Source of the DNA: the human T2T-CHM13v2.0 reference genome, Homo sapiens
Assembly: GCF_009914755.1 (NCBI RefSeq)
Contig: NC_060930.1
DNA: 64,000 nt
Reading direction: 5' to 3' (one strand)
The number at the start of each line of letters is the position of its first letter. The first letter of the stretch is position 1. The translations under genes and the position numbers were made by a program. Positions 49,987-61,600 of the stretch are shown here, in pieces. The notes below the pieces were generated by a model. It was not told the origin of the DNA. It searched no databases and was given only the letters and a program-made list of their open reading frames with translations.

Positions 49987-52900
49987 CTACGGCGGAAAAA
50001 GAAACATCTTCCTATAAAAACTAGACAGAATACTTCTCAGAATCTGCTTTGCGATGTGTGCGTTCAACTCACAGAGTAAAACTTTTCTTTTGATAGAGCA
50101 GTTTTGAAACACTCTTTTTGTAGTATTTGCATGTGTATATTTAGAGCACATTGAAGCCCACAGTAGAAAAGGAAATAACTTCACCTAAAACCTAGACAGA
50201 AGCAATCTCAGAAACTACTTTGTGATGTGTACATTCAAATCACAGAGTGGAACTTTCCTCTTTATAGAGCAGTGTTGAAACACTCTTTTTGTAGAAACTG
50301 CAAGTGGATATTTGGACCTCTTTGAGGCCTTCGTTGGAAACGGGATTTCTTCCTATAACCCTAGACAGAAGAATTTTCAGAAACCTCATTGTGATGTGTG
50401 CGTTCATCTCACAGAGTGGAGTCTTCCGTTTGATAGAGAAGTTTTGAAACCCTGTTCTTGTAGGATTTCCAAGTGGATATTTAGACCACTTTGAAGCCTA
50501 TGATAGAAAAGGAAACATCTTCATGGAAAACATAGATAGAATCATCCTCAGAAACAACTTTGTGATGTGTGCGTTGAACTCACCGTCTTTAACCTTTCTT
50601 TTGGTAGAGAAGTTTTGAAACACTCTCTTTGTAAAGTCTACAAGTGGATATTTTGAGCCCTTGGAGGCATTCTTTGGAAAAGGGAATGTCTTCACATAAA
50701 AGGCAGACGGAAGTGTTCTCAGAAACTGCTTTGTGATGTCTGTGTTCAACTCACAGAGTTTAACATTTCCTTTGATAGAGCGGTTTAGTAACCCTCTCTT
50801 TGTAGAATTTGGAAGTGTATACTAAGAGTGCTTTGAGGCCTATGGTAGAAAAGGAAATATCTTTCCATAAAAGCTAGACAGAAGCAATCTCAGAAACTCC
50901 TCTGTGATATCTGCATTCAACTCACCGAGTGGAACATTCCTCTTGATAGAGCAGTTTGGAAACACTCTTTCTGTAGAATCAGCTTGTTTGTATTTGGACC
51001 TCCTTGAGGCCTTCGTTGGAAACGGGTTTTCATCTTATAAACCCAGACAGAAGAATTCTCAGAGTCTTCTTTGTGATGTGTGCTTTCAACTCACCGAGAT
51101 AAAGATTTCTCTTGATAGAGCAATTTGGAAACACTCTTTTTGTAGAATTTGCAAGGGTACATTGAGAGCGCTTTCAGGCCTATGGTAGAAAAGGGAATAT
51201 CTTTCCATAAAAGGTAGACAGAAGCAATCTCAGAAACTACTTTGTGATGTGTGCATTCAACTCACCGAGTGCAACGTTCCTCTTGACCGAGCAGTTTGGA
51301 AACATTGTTTCTGTAGAATCTGCAAGTGGATATTTGGACCTCTTTGAGGCCTTCGTTGGAAACGGGATTTCTTCCTATAAACCCAGACAGAAGAATTCTC
51401 AGAGACTTCTTTGTGATGTGTGAATTCAACTCACAGTGTGGATCCTTCCTTTTGATAGAGCAGTTTTGAAACCCTGTTTTTGTAGTATTTCCAAGCGGAT
51501 ATTTGGAACGCCTTGAAGCGTATGGTAGAAAAGGAAATATCTTCCCATAAAACCTAGACAGAACCAATCTCAGAAACGACTTTGTGATGTCTGCATTCAA
51601 GTCACAGAGTTGAACATTTCTCTTGATAGAGCAGTTTTGAAACCCTCTTTCTGAAGGATCTGCAAGTGGATATTTGGAACTCCTTTGGGTCTTCGTTGGA
51701 AACGGGATTTCTTCGTATAAATCTAGACAGAAGAATTCTCCGAAACTTCTTTGGTTGTGTGCATTCAAGTCACAGAGTGGAACCTTCCTTTGGATAGAGC
51801 AGTTTGAAACGCCGTGGTTGTAGTATTTCCAAGCGGATATTAGAGCGCCTTGAGGCCTATGGTAGAAAAGGAAATATCTTCCCATAAAACCTAGACGGAA
51901 GCAATCTCAGAAACTACTGTGTGATGGCTGCATTCCACACACACGGTGGAACATTTCTCTTGATAGAGCAGTTTTGAAACACTCTTTCTGTAGAATCTGC
52001 AAGTGGATAATTGGACCGCCTTGAGGCCTTCGTTGGAAACGGGATTTCTTCATGTTACTCTAGATAGAAGAATTCTCAAACACTGCTATGTGATGTTTGC
52101 ATTCAAGTCACAGAGTGCAACATTCCTCTTGGTAGAGCAGTTGGGAAACACTCCTTTTGTAGAATCTGCAATGGGATATTTGGACTTCTTTGAGGCCTTC
52201 GTTGGAAACGGGATTTCTTCGTATGAATCTAGACAGAAGAATTCTCAGAAACTTCCTTGTGATGTGTGCATTCAACTCAGCGAGTGGCACCTTCCTTTGG
52301 ATACAGCAGTTTTGAAACACTGTTTTTGTAGTATTTCCAAGCGGATATTTAGAGCGCCTTGAAGCCTATGCTAGAAATGGAAATATCTCCCCATAAAACC
52401 AAGACAGAAGCAATCTCAGAAACTAATGTGTGATGGCTGCATTCCACACACACGGTGGACCATTTCTCTTGATAGAGCAGTTTTGAAACACTCTTTCTGT
52501 AGAATCTGCAAGTGGATAATTGGACCTCCTAGAGGCCTTCGTTGGAAACGGGATTTCTTCATCTAAACCTACAGAGAAGAATTCTCAGTAACTTCTTCGG
52601 ATGTGTGCATTCGACGCACAGAATGGAACATTCCCTTTGATAGAGCAGTTTTGAGACACCGTTTTTGTAGAATTCCCAAGTGGATATTTAGAGCACTTTG
52701 AAGTCTCTGCTAGAAAAGGAAACATCTTCATGTAAAAAGTAGATAGAATCGTTCTCAGAAAGTGCTTAGTGACGTGTGCGTTCAACTCACAGAGTTTAAC
52801 GTTTCTTTTGATAGAGCGTTTCTGAAACACCCTTCTTGTAGTAGCTGCAAGTGGATATTTGGACCTATTGGAGGCCTTCTTTGGAAACGGGATTTCTTCA

Positions 52901-55900
52901 TGTAACTCTAGATTGAAGAGTTCTCAGAAACTCCTTTGTGATGTGTGCATTCAATTCAAAGAGTGAAACCTCCCTTTTCACAGAGCAGTTTTGAAACACT
53001 GTTTTTGTAGGATTTCCAAGGGGATATTTATACCGCATTGAGCCTACGGCGGAAAAAGAAACATCTTCCTATAAAAACTAGACAGAATACTTCTCAGAAT
53101 CTGCTTTGCGATGTGTGCGTTCAACTCACAGAGTAAAACTTTTCTTTTGATAGAGCAGTTTTGAAACACTCTTTTTGTAGTATTTGCATGTGTATATTTA
53201 GAGCGCATTGAAGCCCACAGTAGAAAAGGAAATAACTTCACCTAAAACCTAGACAGAAGCAATCTCAGAAACTACTTTGTGATGTGTACATTCAACTCAC
53301 AGAGTGGAACTTTCCTCTTTATAGAGCAGTGTTGAAACACTCTTTTTGTAGAAACTGCAAGTGGATATTTGGACCTCTTTGAGGCCTTCGTTGGAAACGG
53401 GATTTCTTCCTATAACCCTAGACAGAAGAATTTTCAGAAACCTCATTGTGATGTGTGCGTTCATCTCACAGAGTGGAGTCTTCCGTTTGATAGAGAAGTT
53501 TTGAAACCCTGTTCTTGTAGGATTTCCAAGTGGATATTTAGACCACTTTGAAGCCTATGATAGAAAAGGAAACATCTTCATGGAAAACATAGATAGAATC
53601 ATCCTCAGAAACAACTTTGTGATGTGTGCGTTGAACTCACCGTCTTTAACCTTTCTTTTGGTAGAGAAGTTTTGAAACACTCTCTTTGTAAAGTCTACAA
53701 GTGGATATTTTGAGCCCTTGGAGGCATTCTTTGGAAAAGGGAATGTCTTCACATAAAAGGCAGACGGAAGTGTTCTCAGAAACTGCTTTGTGATGTCTGT
53801 GTTCAACTCACAGAGTTTAACATTTCCTTTGATAGAGCGGTTTAGTAACCCTCTCTTTGTAGAATTTGGAAGTGTATACTAAGAGCGCTTTGAGGCCTAT
53901 GGTAGAAAAGGAAATATCTTTCCATAAAAGCTAGACAGAAGCAATCTCAGAAACTCCTCTGTGATGTCTGCATTCAACTCACCGAGTGGAACATTCCTCT
54001 TGAGAGAGCAGTTTGGAAACACTCTTTCTGTAGAATCAGCTTGTTTGTATTTGGACCTCCTTGAGGCCTTCGTTGGAAACGGGTTTTCATCTTATAAACC
54101 CAGACAGAAGAATTCTCAGAGTCTTCTTTGTGATGTGTGCTTTCAACTCACCGAGATAAAGATTTCTCTTGATAGAGCAATTTGGAAACACTCTTTTTGT
54201 AGAATTTGCAAGGGTACATTGAGAGCGCTTTCAGGCCTATGGTAGAAAAGGGAATATCTTTCCATAAAAGGTAGACAGAAGCAATCTCAGAAACTACTTT
54301 GTGATGTGTGCATTCAACTCACCGAGTGCAACGTTCCTCTTGACCGAGCAGTTTGGAAACATTGTTTCTGTAGAATCTGCAAGTGGATATTTGGACCTCT
54401 TTGAGGCCTTCGTTGGAAACGGGATTTCTTCCTATAAACCCAGACAGAAGAATTCTCAGAGACTTCTTTGTGATGTGTGAATTCAACTCACAGTGTGGAT
54501 CCTTCCTTTTGATAGAGCAGTTTTGAAACCCGTTTTTGTAGTATTTCCAAGCAGATATTTGGAACGCCTTGAAGCGTATGGTAGAAAAGGAAATATCTTC
54601 CCATAAAACCTAGACAGAACCAATCTCAGAAACGACTTTGTGATGTCTGCATTCAAGTCACAGAGTTGAACATTTCTCTTGATAGAGCAGTTTTGAAACC
54701 CTCTTTCTGAAGGATCTGCAAGTGGATATTTGGAACTCCTTTGGGTCTTCGTTGGAAACGGGATTTCTTCGTATAAATCTAGACAGAAGAATTCTCCGAA
54801 ACTTCTTTGGTTGTGTGCATTCAAGTCACAGAGTGGAACCTTCCTTTGGATAGAGCAGTTTGAAACGCCGTGGTTGTAGTATTTCCAAGCGGATATTAGA
54901 GCGCCTTGAGGCCTATGGTAGAAAAGGAAATATCTTCCCATAAAACCTAGACGGAAGCAATCTCAGAAACTACTGTGTGATGGCTGCATTCCACACACAC
55001 GGTGGAACATTTCTCTTGATAGAGCAGTTTTGAAACACTCTTTCTGTAGAATCTGCAAGTGGATAATTGGACCGCCTTGAGGCCTTCGTTGGAAACGGGA
55101 TTTCTTCATGTTACTCTAGATAGAAGAATTCTCAAACACTGCTATGTGATGTTTGCATTCAAGTCACAGAGTGCAACATTCCTCTTGGTAGAGCAGTTGG
55201 GAAACACTCCTTTTGTAGAATCTGCAATGGGATATTTGGACTTCTTTGAGGCCTTCGTTGGAAACGGGATTTCTTCGTATGAATCTAGACAGAAGAATTC
55301 TCAGAAACTTCCTTGTGATGTGTGCATTCAACTCAGCGAGTGGCACCTTCCTTTGGATACAGCAGTTTTGAAACACTGTTTTTGTAGTATTTCCAAGCGG
55401 ATATTTAGAGCGCCTTGAAGCCTATGCTAGAAATGGAAATATCTCCCCATAAAACCAAGACAGAAGCAATCTCAGAAACTAATGTGTGATGGCTGCATTC
55501 CACACACACGGTGGACCATTTCTCTTGATAGAGCAGTTTTGAAACACTCTTTCTGTAGAATCTGCAAGTGGATAATTGGACCTCCTAGAGGCCTTCGTTG
55601 GAAACGGGATTTCTTCATCTAAACCTACAGAGAAGAATTCTCAGTAACTTCTTCGGATGTGTGCATTCGACGCACAGAATGGAACATTCCCTTTGATAGA
55701 GCAGTTTTGAGACACCGTTTTTGTAGAATTCCCAAGTGGATATTTAGAGCACTTTGAAGTCTCTGCTAGAAAAGGAAACATCTTCATGTAAAAAGTAGAT
55801 AGAATCGTTCTCAGAAAGTGCTTAGTGTCGTGTGCGTTCAACTCACAGAGTTTAACGTTTCTTTTGATAGAGCGTTTCTGAAACACCCTTCTTGTAGTAG

Positions 55901-56099
55901 CTGCAAGTGGATATTTGGACCTATTGGAGGCCTTCTTTGGAAATGGGATTTCTTCATGTAACTCTAGATTGAAGAGTTCTCAGAAACTCCTTTGTGATGT
56001 GTGCATTCAATTCAAAGAGTGAAACCTCCCTTTTCACAGAGCAGTTTTGAAACACTGTTTTTGTAGGATTTCCAAGGGGATATTTATAGCGCATTGAGC
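49987..56099 (+). repeat. Two 18-mer HORs (U19, 3,057 bp; U20, 3,056 bp with a 1-bp deletion)
   Basis: Anchor at 49987, 53044, 56100. GAAACCCGTTTT at ~54531 replaces GAAACCCTGTTTT. Confidence 0.94.
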
Positions 56100-58650
56100 C
56101 TACGGCGGAAAAAGAAATATCTTCCTATAAAAACTAGAGAGAATACTTCTCAGAATCTGCTTTGCGATGTGTGCGTTCAACTCACAGAGTAAAACTTTTC
56201 TTTTGATAGAGCAGTTTTGAAACACTCTTTTTGTAGTATTTGCATGTGTATATTTAGAGCGCATTGAAGCCCACAGTAGAAAAGGAAATAACTTCACCTA
56301 AAACCTAGACAGAAGCAATCTCAGAAACTACTTTGTGATGTGTACATTCAACTCACAGAGTGGAACTTTCCTCTTTATAGAGCAGTGTTGAAACACTCTT
56401 TTTGTAGAAACTGCAAGTGGATATTTGGACCTCTTTGAGGCCTTCGTTGGAAACGGGATTTCTTCCTATAACCCTAGACAGAAGAATTTTCAGAAACCTC
56501 ATTGTGATGTGTGCGTTCATCTCACAGAGTGGAGTCTTCCGTTTGATAGAGAAGTTTTGAAACCCTGTTCTTGTAGGATTTCCAAGTGGATATTTAGACC
56601 ACTTTGAAGCCTATGATAGAAAAGGAAACATCTTCATGGAAAACATAGATAGAATCATTCTCAGAAACAACTTTGTGATGTGTGCGTTGAACTCACCGTC
56701 TTTAACCTTTCTTTTGGTAGAGAAGTTTTGAAACACTCTCTTTGTAAAGTCTACAAGTGGATATTTTGAGCCCTTGGAGGCATTCTTTGGAAAAGGGAAT
56801 GTCTTCACATAAAAGGCAGACGGAAGTGTTCTCAGAAACTGCTTTGTGATGTCTGTGTTCAACTCACAGAGTTTAACATTTCCTTTGATAGAGCGGTTTA
56901 GTAACCCTCTCTTTGTAGAATTTGGAAGTGTATACTAAGAGCGCTTTGAGGCCTATGGTAGAAAAGGAAATATCTTTCCATAAAAGCTAGACAGAAGCAA
57001 TCTCGGAAACTCCTTTGTGATGTCTGCATTCAACTCACCGAGTGGAACATTCCTCTTGATAGAGCAGTTTGGAAACACTCTTTCTGTAGAATCAGCTTGT
57101 TTGTATTTGGACCTCCTTGAGGCCTTCATTGGAAACGGGTTTTCATCTTATAAACCCAGACAGAAGAATTCTCAGAGTCTTCTTTGTGATGTGTGCTTTC
57201 AACTCACCGAGATAAAGATTTCTCTTGATAGAGCAATTTGGAAACACTCTTTTTGTAGAATTTGCAAGGGTACATTGAGAGCGCTTTCAGGCCTATGGTA
57301 GAAAAGGGAATATCTTTCCATAAAAGGTAGACAGAAGCAATCTCAGAAACTACTTTGTGATGTGTGCATTCAACTCACCGAGTGCAACGTTCCTCTTGAC
57401 CGAGCAGTTTGGAAACATTGTTTCTGTAGAATCTGCAAGTGGATATTTGGACCTCTTTGAGGCCTTCGTTGGAAACGGGATTTCTTCCTATAAACCCAGA
57501 CAGAAGAATTCTCAGAGACTTCTTTGTGATGTGTGAATTCAACTCACAGTGTGGATCCTTCCTTTTGATAGAGCAGTTTTGAAACCCTGTTTTTGTAGTA
57601 TTTCCAAGCGGATATTTGGAACGCCTTGAAGCGTATGGTAGAAAAGGAAATATCTTCCCATAAAACCTAGACAGAACCAATCTCAGAAACGACTTTGTGA
57701 TGTCTGCATTCAAGTCACAGAGTTGAACATTTCTCTTGATAGAGCAGTTTTGAAACCCTCTTTCTGAAGGATCTGCAAGTGGATATTTGGAACTCCTTTG
57801 GGTCTTCGTTGGAAACGGGATTTCTTCGTATAAATCTAGACAGAAGAATTCTCAGAAACTTCCTTGTGATGTGTGCATTCAACTCAGCGAGTGGCACCTT
57901 CCTTTGGATACAGCAGTTTTGAAACACTGTTTTTGTAGTATTTCCAAGCGGATATTTAGAGCGCCTTGAAGCCTATGCTAGAAATGGAAATATCTCCCCA
58001 TAAAACCAAGACAGAAGCAATCTCAGAAACTAATGTGTGATGGCTGCATTCCACACACACGGTGGACCATTTCTCTTGATAGAGCAGTTTTGAAACACTC
58101 TTTCTGTAGAATCTGCAAGTGGATAATTGGACCTCCTAGAGGCCTTCGTTGGAAACGGGATTTCTTCATCTAAACCTACAGAGAAGTATTCTCAGTAACT
58201 TCTTCGGATGTGTGCATTCGACGCACAGAATGGAACATTCCCTTTGATAGAGCAGTTTTGAGACACCGTTTTTGTAGAATTCCCAAGTGGATATTTAGAG
58301 CACTTTGAAGTCTCTGCTAGAAAAGGAAACATCTTCATGTAAAAAGTAGATAGAATCGTTCTCAGAAAGTGCTTAGTGTCGTGTGCGTTCAACTCACAGA
58401 GTTTAACGTTTCTTTTGATAGAGCGTTTCTGAAACACCCTTCTTGTAGTAGCTGCAAGTGGATATTTGGACCTATTGGAGGCCTTCTTTGGAAATGGGAT
58501 TTCTTCATGTAACTCTAGAGTGAAGAATTCTCAGAAACTCCTTTGTGATGTGTGCATTCAATTCAAAGAGTGAAACCTCTCTTTTCACAGAGCAGTTTTG
58601 AAACACTGTTTTTGTAGGATTTCCAAGGGGATATTTATAGCGCATTGAGC
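56100..58650 (+). repeat. 15-mer HOR (U21)
   Basis: Spacing 2,551. Confidence 0.95.
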
Positions 58651-61600
58651 CTACGGCGGAAAAAGAAACATCTTCCTATAAAAACTAGACAGAATACTTC
58701 TCAGAATCTGCTTTGCGATGTGTGCGTTCAACTCACAGAGTAAAACTTTTCTTTTGATAGAGCAGTTTTGAAACACTCTTTTTGTAGTATTTGCATGTGT
58801 ATATTTAGAGCGCATTGAAGCCCACAGTAGAAAAGGAAATAACTTCACCTAAAACCTAGACAGAAGCAATCTCAGAAACTACTTTGTGATGTGTACATTC
58901 AACTCACAGAGTGGAACTTTCCTCTTTATAGAGCAGTGTTGAAACACTCTTTTTGTAGAAACTGCAAGTGGATATTTGGACCTCTTTGAGGCCTTCGTTG
59001 GAAACGGGATTTCTTCCTATAACCCTAGACAGAAGAATTTTCAGAAACCTCATTGTGATGTGTGCGTTCATCTCACAGAGTGGAGTCTTCCGTTTGATAG
59101 AGAAGTTTTGAAACCCTGTTCTTGTAGGATTTCCAAGTGGATATTTAGACCACTTTGAAGCCTATGATAGAAAAGGAAACATCTTCATGGAAAACATAGA
59201 TAGAATCATCCTCAGAAACAACTTTGTGATGTGTGCGTTGAACTCACCGTCTTTAACCTTTCTTTTGGTAGAGAAGTTTTGAAACACTCTCTTTGTAAAG
59301 TCTACAAGTGGATATTTTGAGCCCTTGGAGGCATTCTTTGGAAAAGGGAATGTCTTCACATAAAAGGCAGACGGAAGTGTTCTCAGAAACTGCTTTGTGA
59401 TGTCTGTGTTCAACTCACAGAGTTTAACATTTCCTTTGATAGAGCGGTTTAGTAACCCTCTCTTTGTAGAATTTGGAAGTGTATACTAAGAGCGCTTTGA
59501 GGCCTATGGTAGAAAAGGAAATATCTTTCCATAAAAGCTAGACAGAAGCAATCTCAGAAACTCCTCTGTGATGTTTGCATTCAACTCACCGAGTGGAACA
59601 TTCCTCTTGAGAGAGCAGTTTGGAAACACTCTTTCTGTAGAATCAGCTTGTTTGTATTTGGACCTCCTTGAGGCCTTCGTTGGAAACGGGTTTTCATCTT
59701 ATAAACCCAGACAGAAGAATTCTCAGAGTCTTCTTTGTGATGTGTGCTTTCAACTCACCGAGATAAAGATTTCTCTTGATAGAGCAATTTGGAAACACTC
59801 TTTTTGTAGAATTTGCAAGGGTACATTGAGAGCGCTTTCAGGCCTATGGTAGAAAAGGGAATATCTTTCCATAAAAGGTAGACAGAAGCAATCTCAGAAA
59901 CTACTTTGTGATGTGTGCATTCAACTCACCGAGTGCAACGTTCCTCTTGACCGAGCAGTTTGGAAACATTGTTTCTGTAGAATCTGCAAGTGGATATTTG
60001 GACCTCTTTGAGGCCTTCGTTGGAAACGGGATTTCTTCCTATAAACCCAGACAGAAGAATTCTCAGAGACTTCTTTGTGATGTGTGAATTCAACTCACAG
60101 TGTGGATCCTTCCTTTTGATAGAGCAGTTTTGAAACCCTGTTTTTGTAGTATTTCCAAGCGGATATTTGGAACGCCTTGAAGCGTATGGTAGAAAAGGAA
60201 ATATCTTCCCATAAAACCTAGACAGAACCAATCTCAGAAACGACTTTGTGATGTCTGCATTCAACTCACAGAGTTGAACATTTCTCTTGATAGAGCAGTT
60301 TTGAAACCCTCTTTCTGAAGGATCTGCAAGTGGATATTTGGAACTCCTTTGGGTCTTCGTTGGAAACGGGATTTCTTCGTATAAATCTAGACAGAAGAAT
60401 TCTCCGAAACTTCTTTGGTTGTGTGCATTCAAGTCACAGAGTGGAACCTTCCTTTGGATAGAGCAGTTTGAAACGCCGTGGTTGTAGTATTTCCAAGTGG
60501 ATATTAGAGCGCCTTGAGGCCTATGGTAGAAAAGGAAATATCTTCCCATAAAACCTAGACGGAAGCAATCTCAGAAACTACTGTGTGATGGCTGCATTCC
60601 ACACACACGGTGGAACATTTCTCTTGATAGAGCAGTTTTGAAACACTCTTTCTGTAGAATCTGCAAGTGGATAATTGGACCGCCTTGAGGCCTTCGTTGG
60701 AAACGGGATTTCTTCATGTTACTCTAGATAGAAGAATTCTCAAACACTGCTATGTGATGTTTGCATTCAAGTCACAGAGTGCAACATTCCTCTTGGTAGA
60801 GCAGTTGGGAAACACTCCTTTTGTAGAATCTGCAATGGGATATTTGGACTTCTTTGAGGCCTTCGTTGGAAACGGGATTTCTTCGTATGAATCTAGACAG
60901 AAGAATTCTCAGAAACTTCCTTGTGATGTGTGCATTCAACTCAGCGAGTGGCACCTTCCTTTGGATACAGCAGTTTTGAAACACTGTTTTTGTAGTATTT
61001 CCAAGCGGATATTTAGAGCGCCTTGAAGCCTATGCTAGAAATGGAAATATCTCCCCATAAAACCAAGACAGAAGCAATCTCAGAAACTAATGTGTGATGG
61101 CTGCATTCCACACACACGGTGGACCATTTCTCTTGATAGAGCAGTTTTGAAACACTCTTTCTGTAGAATCTGCAAGTGGATAATTGGACCTCCTAGAGGC
61201 CTTCGTTGGAAACGGGATTTCTTCATCTAAACCTACAGAGAAGAATTCTCAGTAACTTCTTCGGATGTGTGCATTCGACGCACAGAATGGAACATTCCCT
61301 TTGATAGAGCAGTTTTGAGACACCGTTTTTGTAGAATTCCCAAGTGGATATTTAGAGCACTTTGAAGTCTCTGCTAGAAAAGGAAACATCTTCATGTAAA
61401 AAGTAGATAGAATCGTTCTCAGAAAGTGCTTAGTGACGTGTGCGTTCAACTCACAGAGTTTAACGTTTCTTTTGATAGAGCGTTTCTGAAACACCCTTCT
61501 TGTAGTAGCTGCAAGTGGATATTTGGACCTATTGGAGGCCTTCTTTGGAAATGGGATTTCTTCATGTAACTCTAGATTGAAGAGTTCTCAGAAACTCCTT

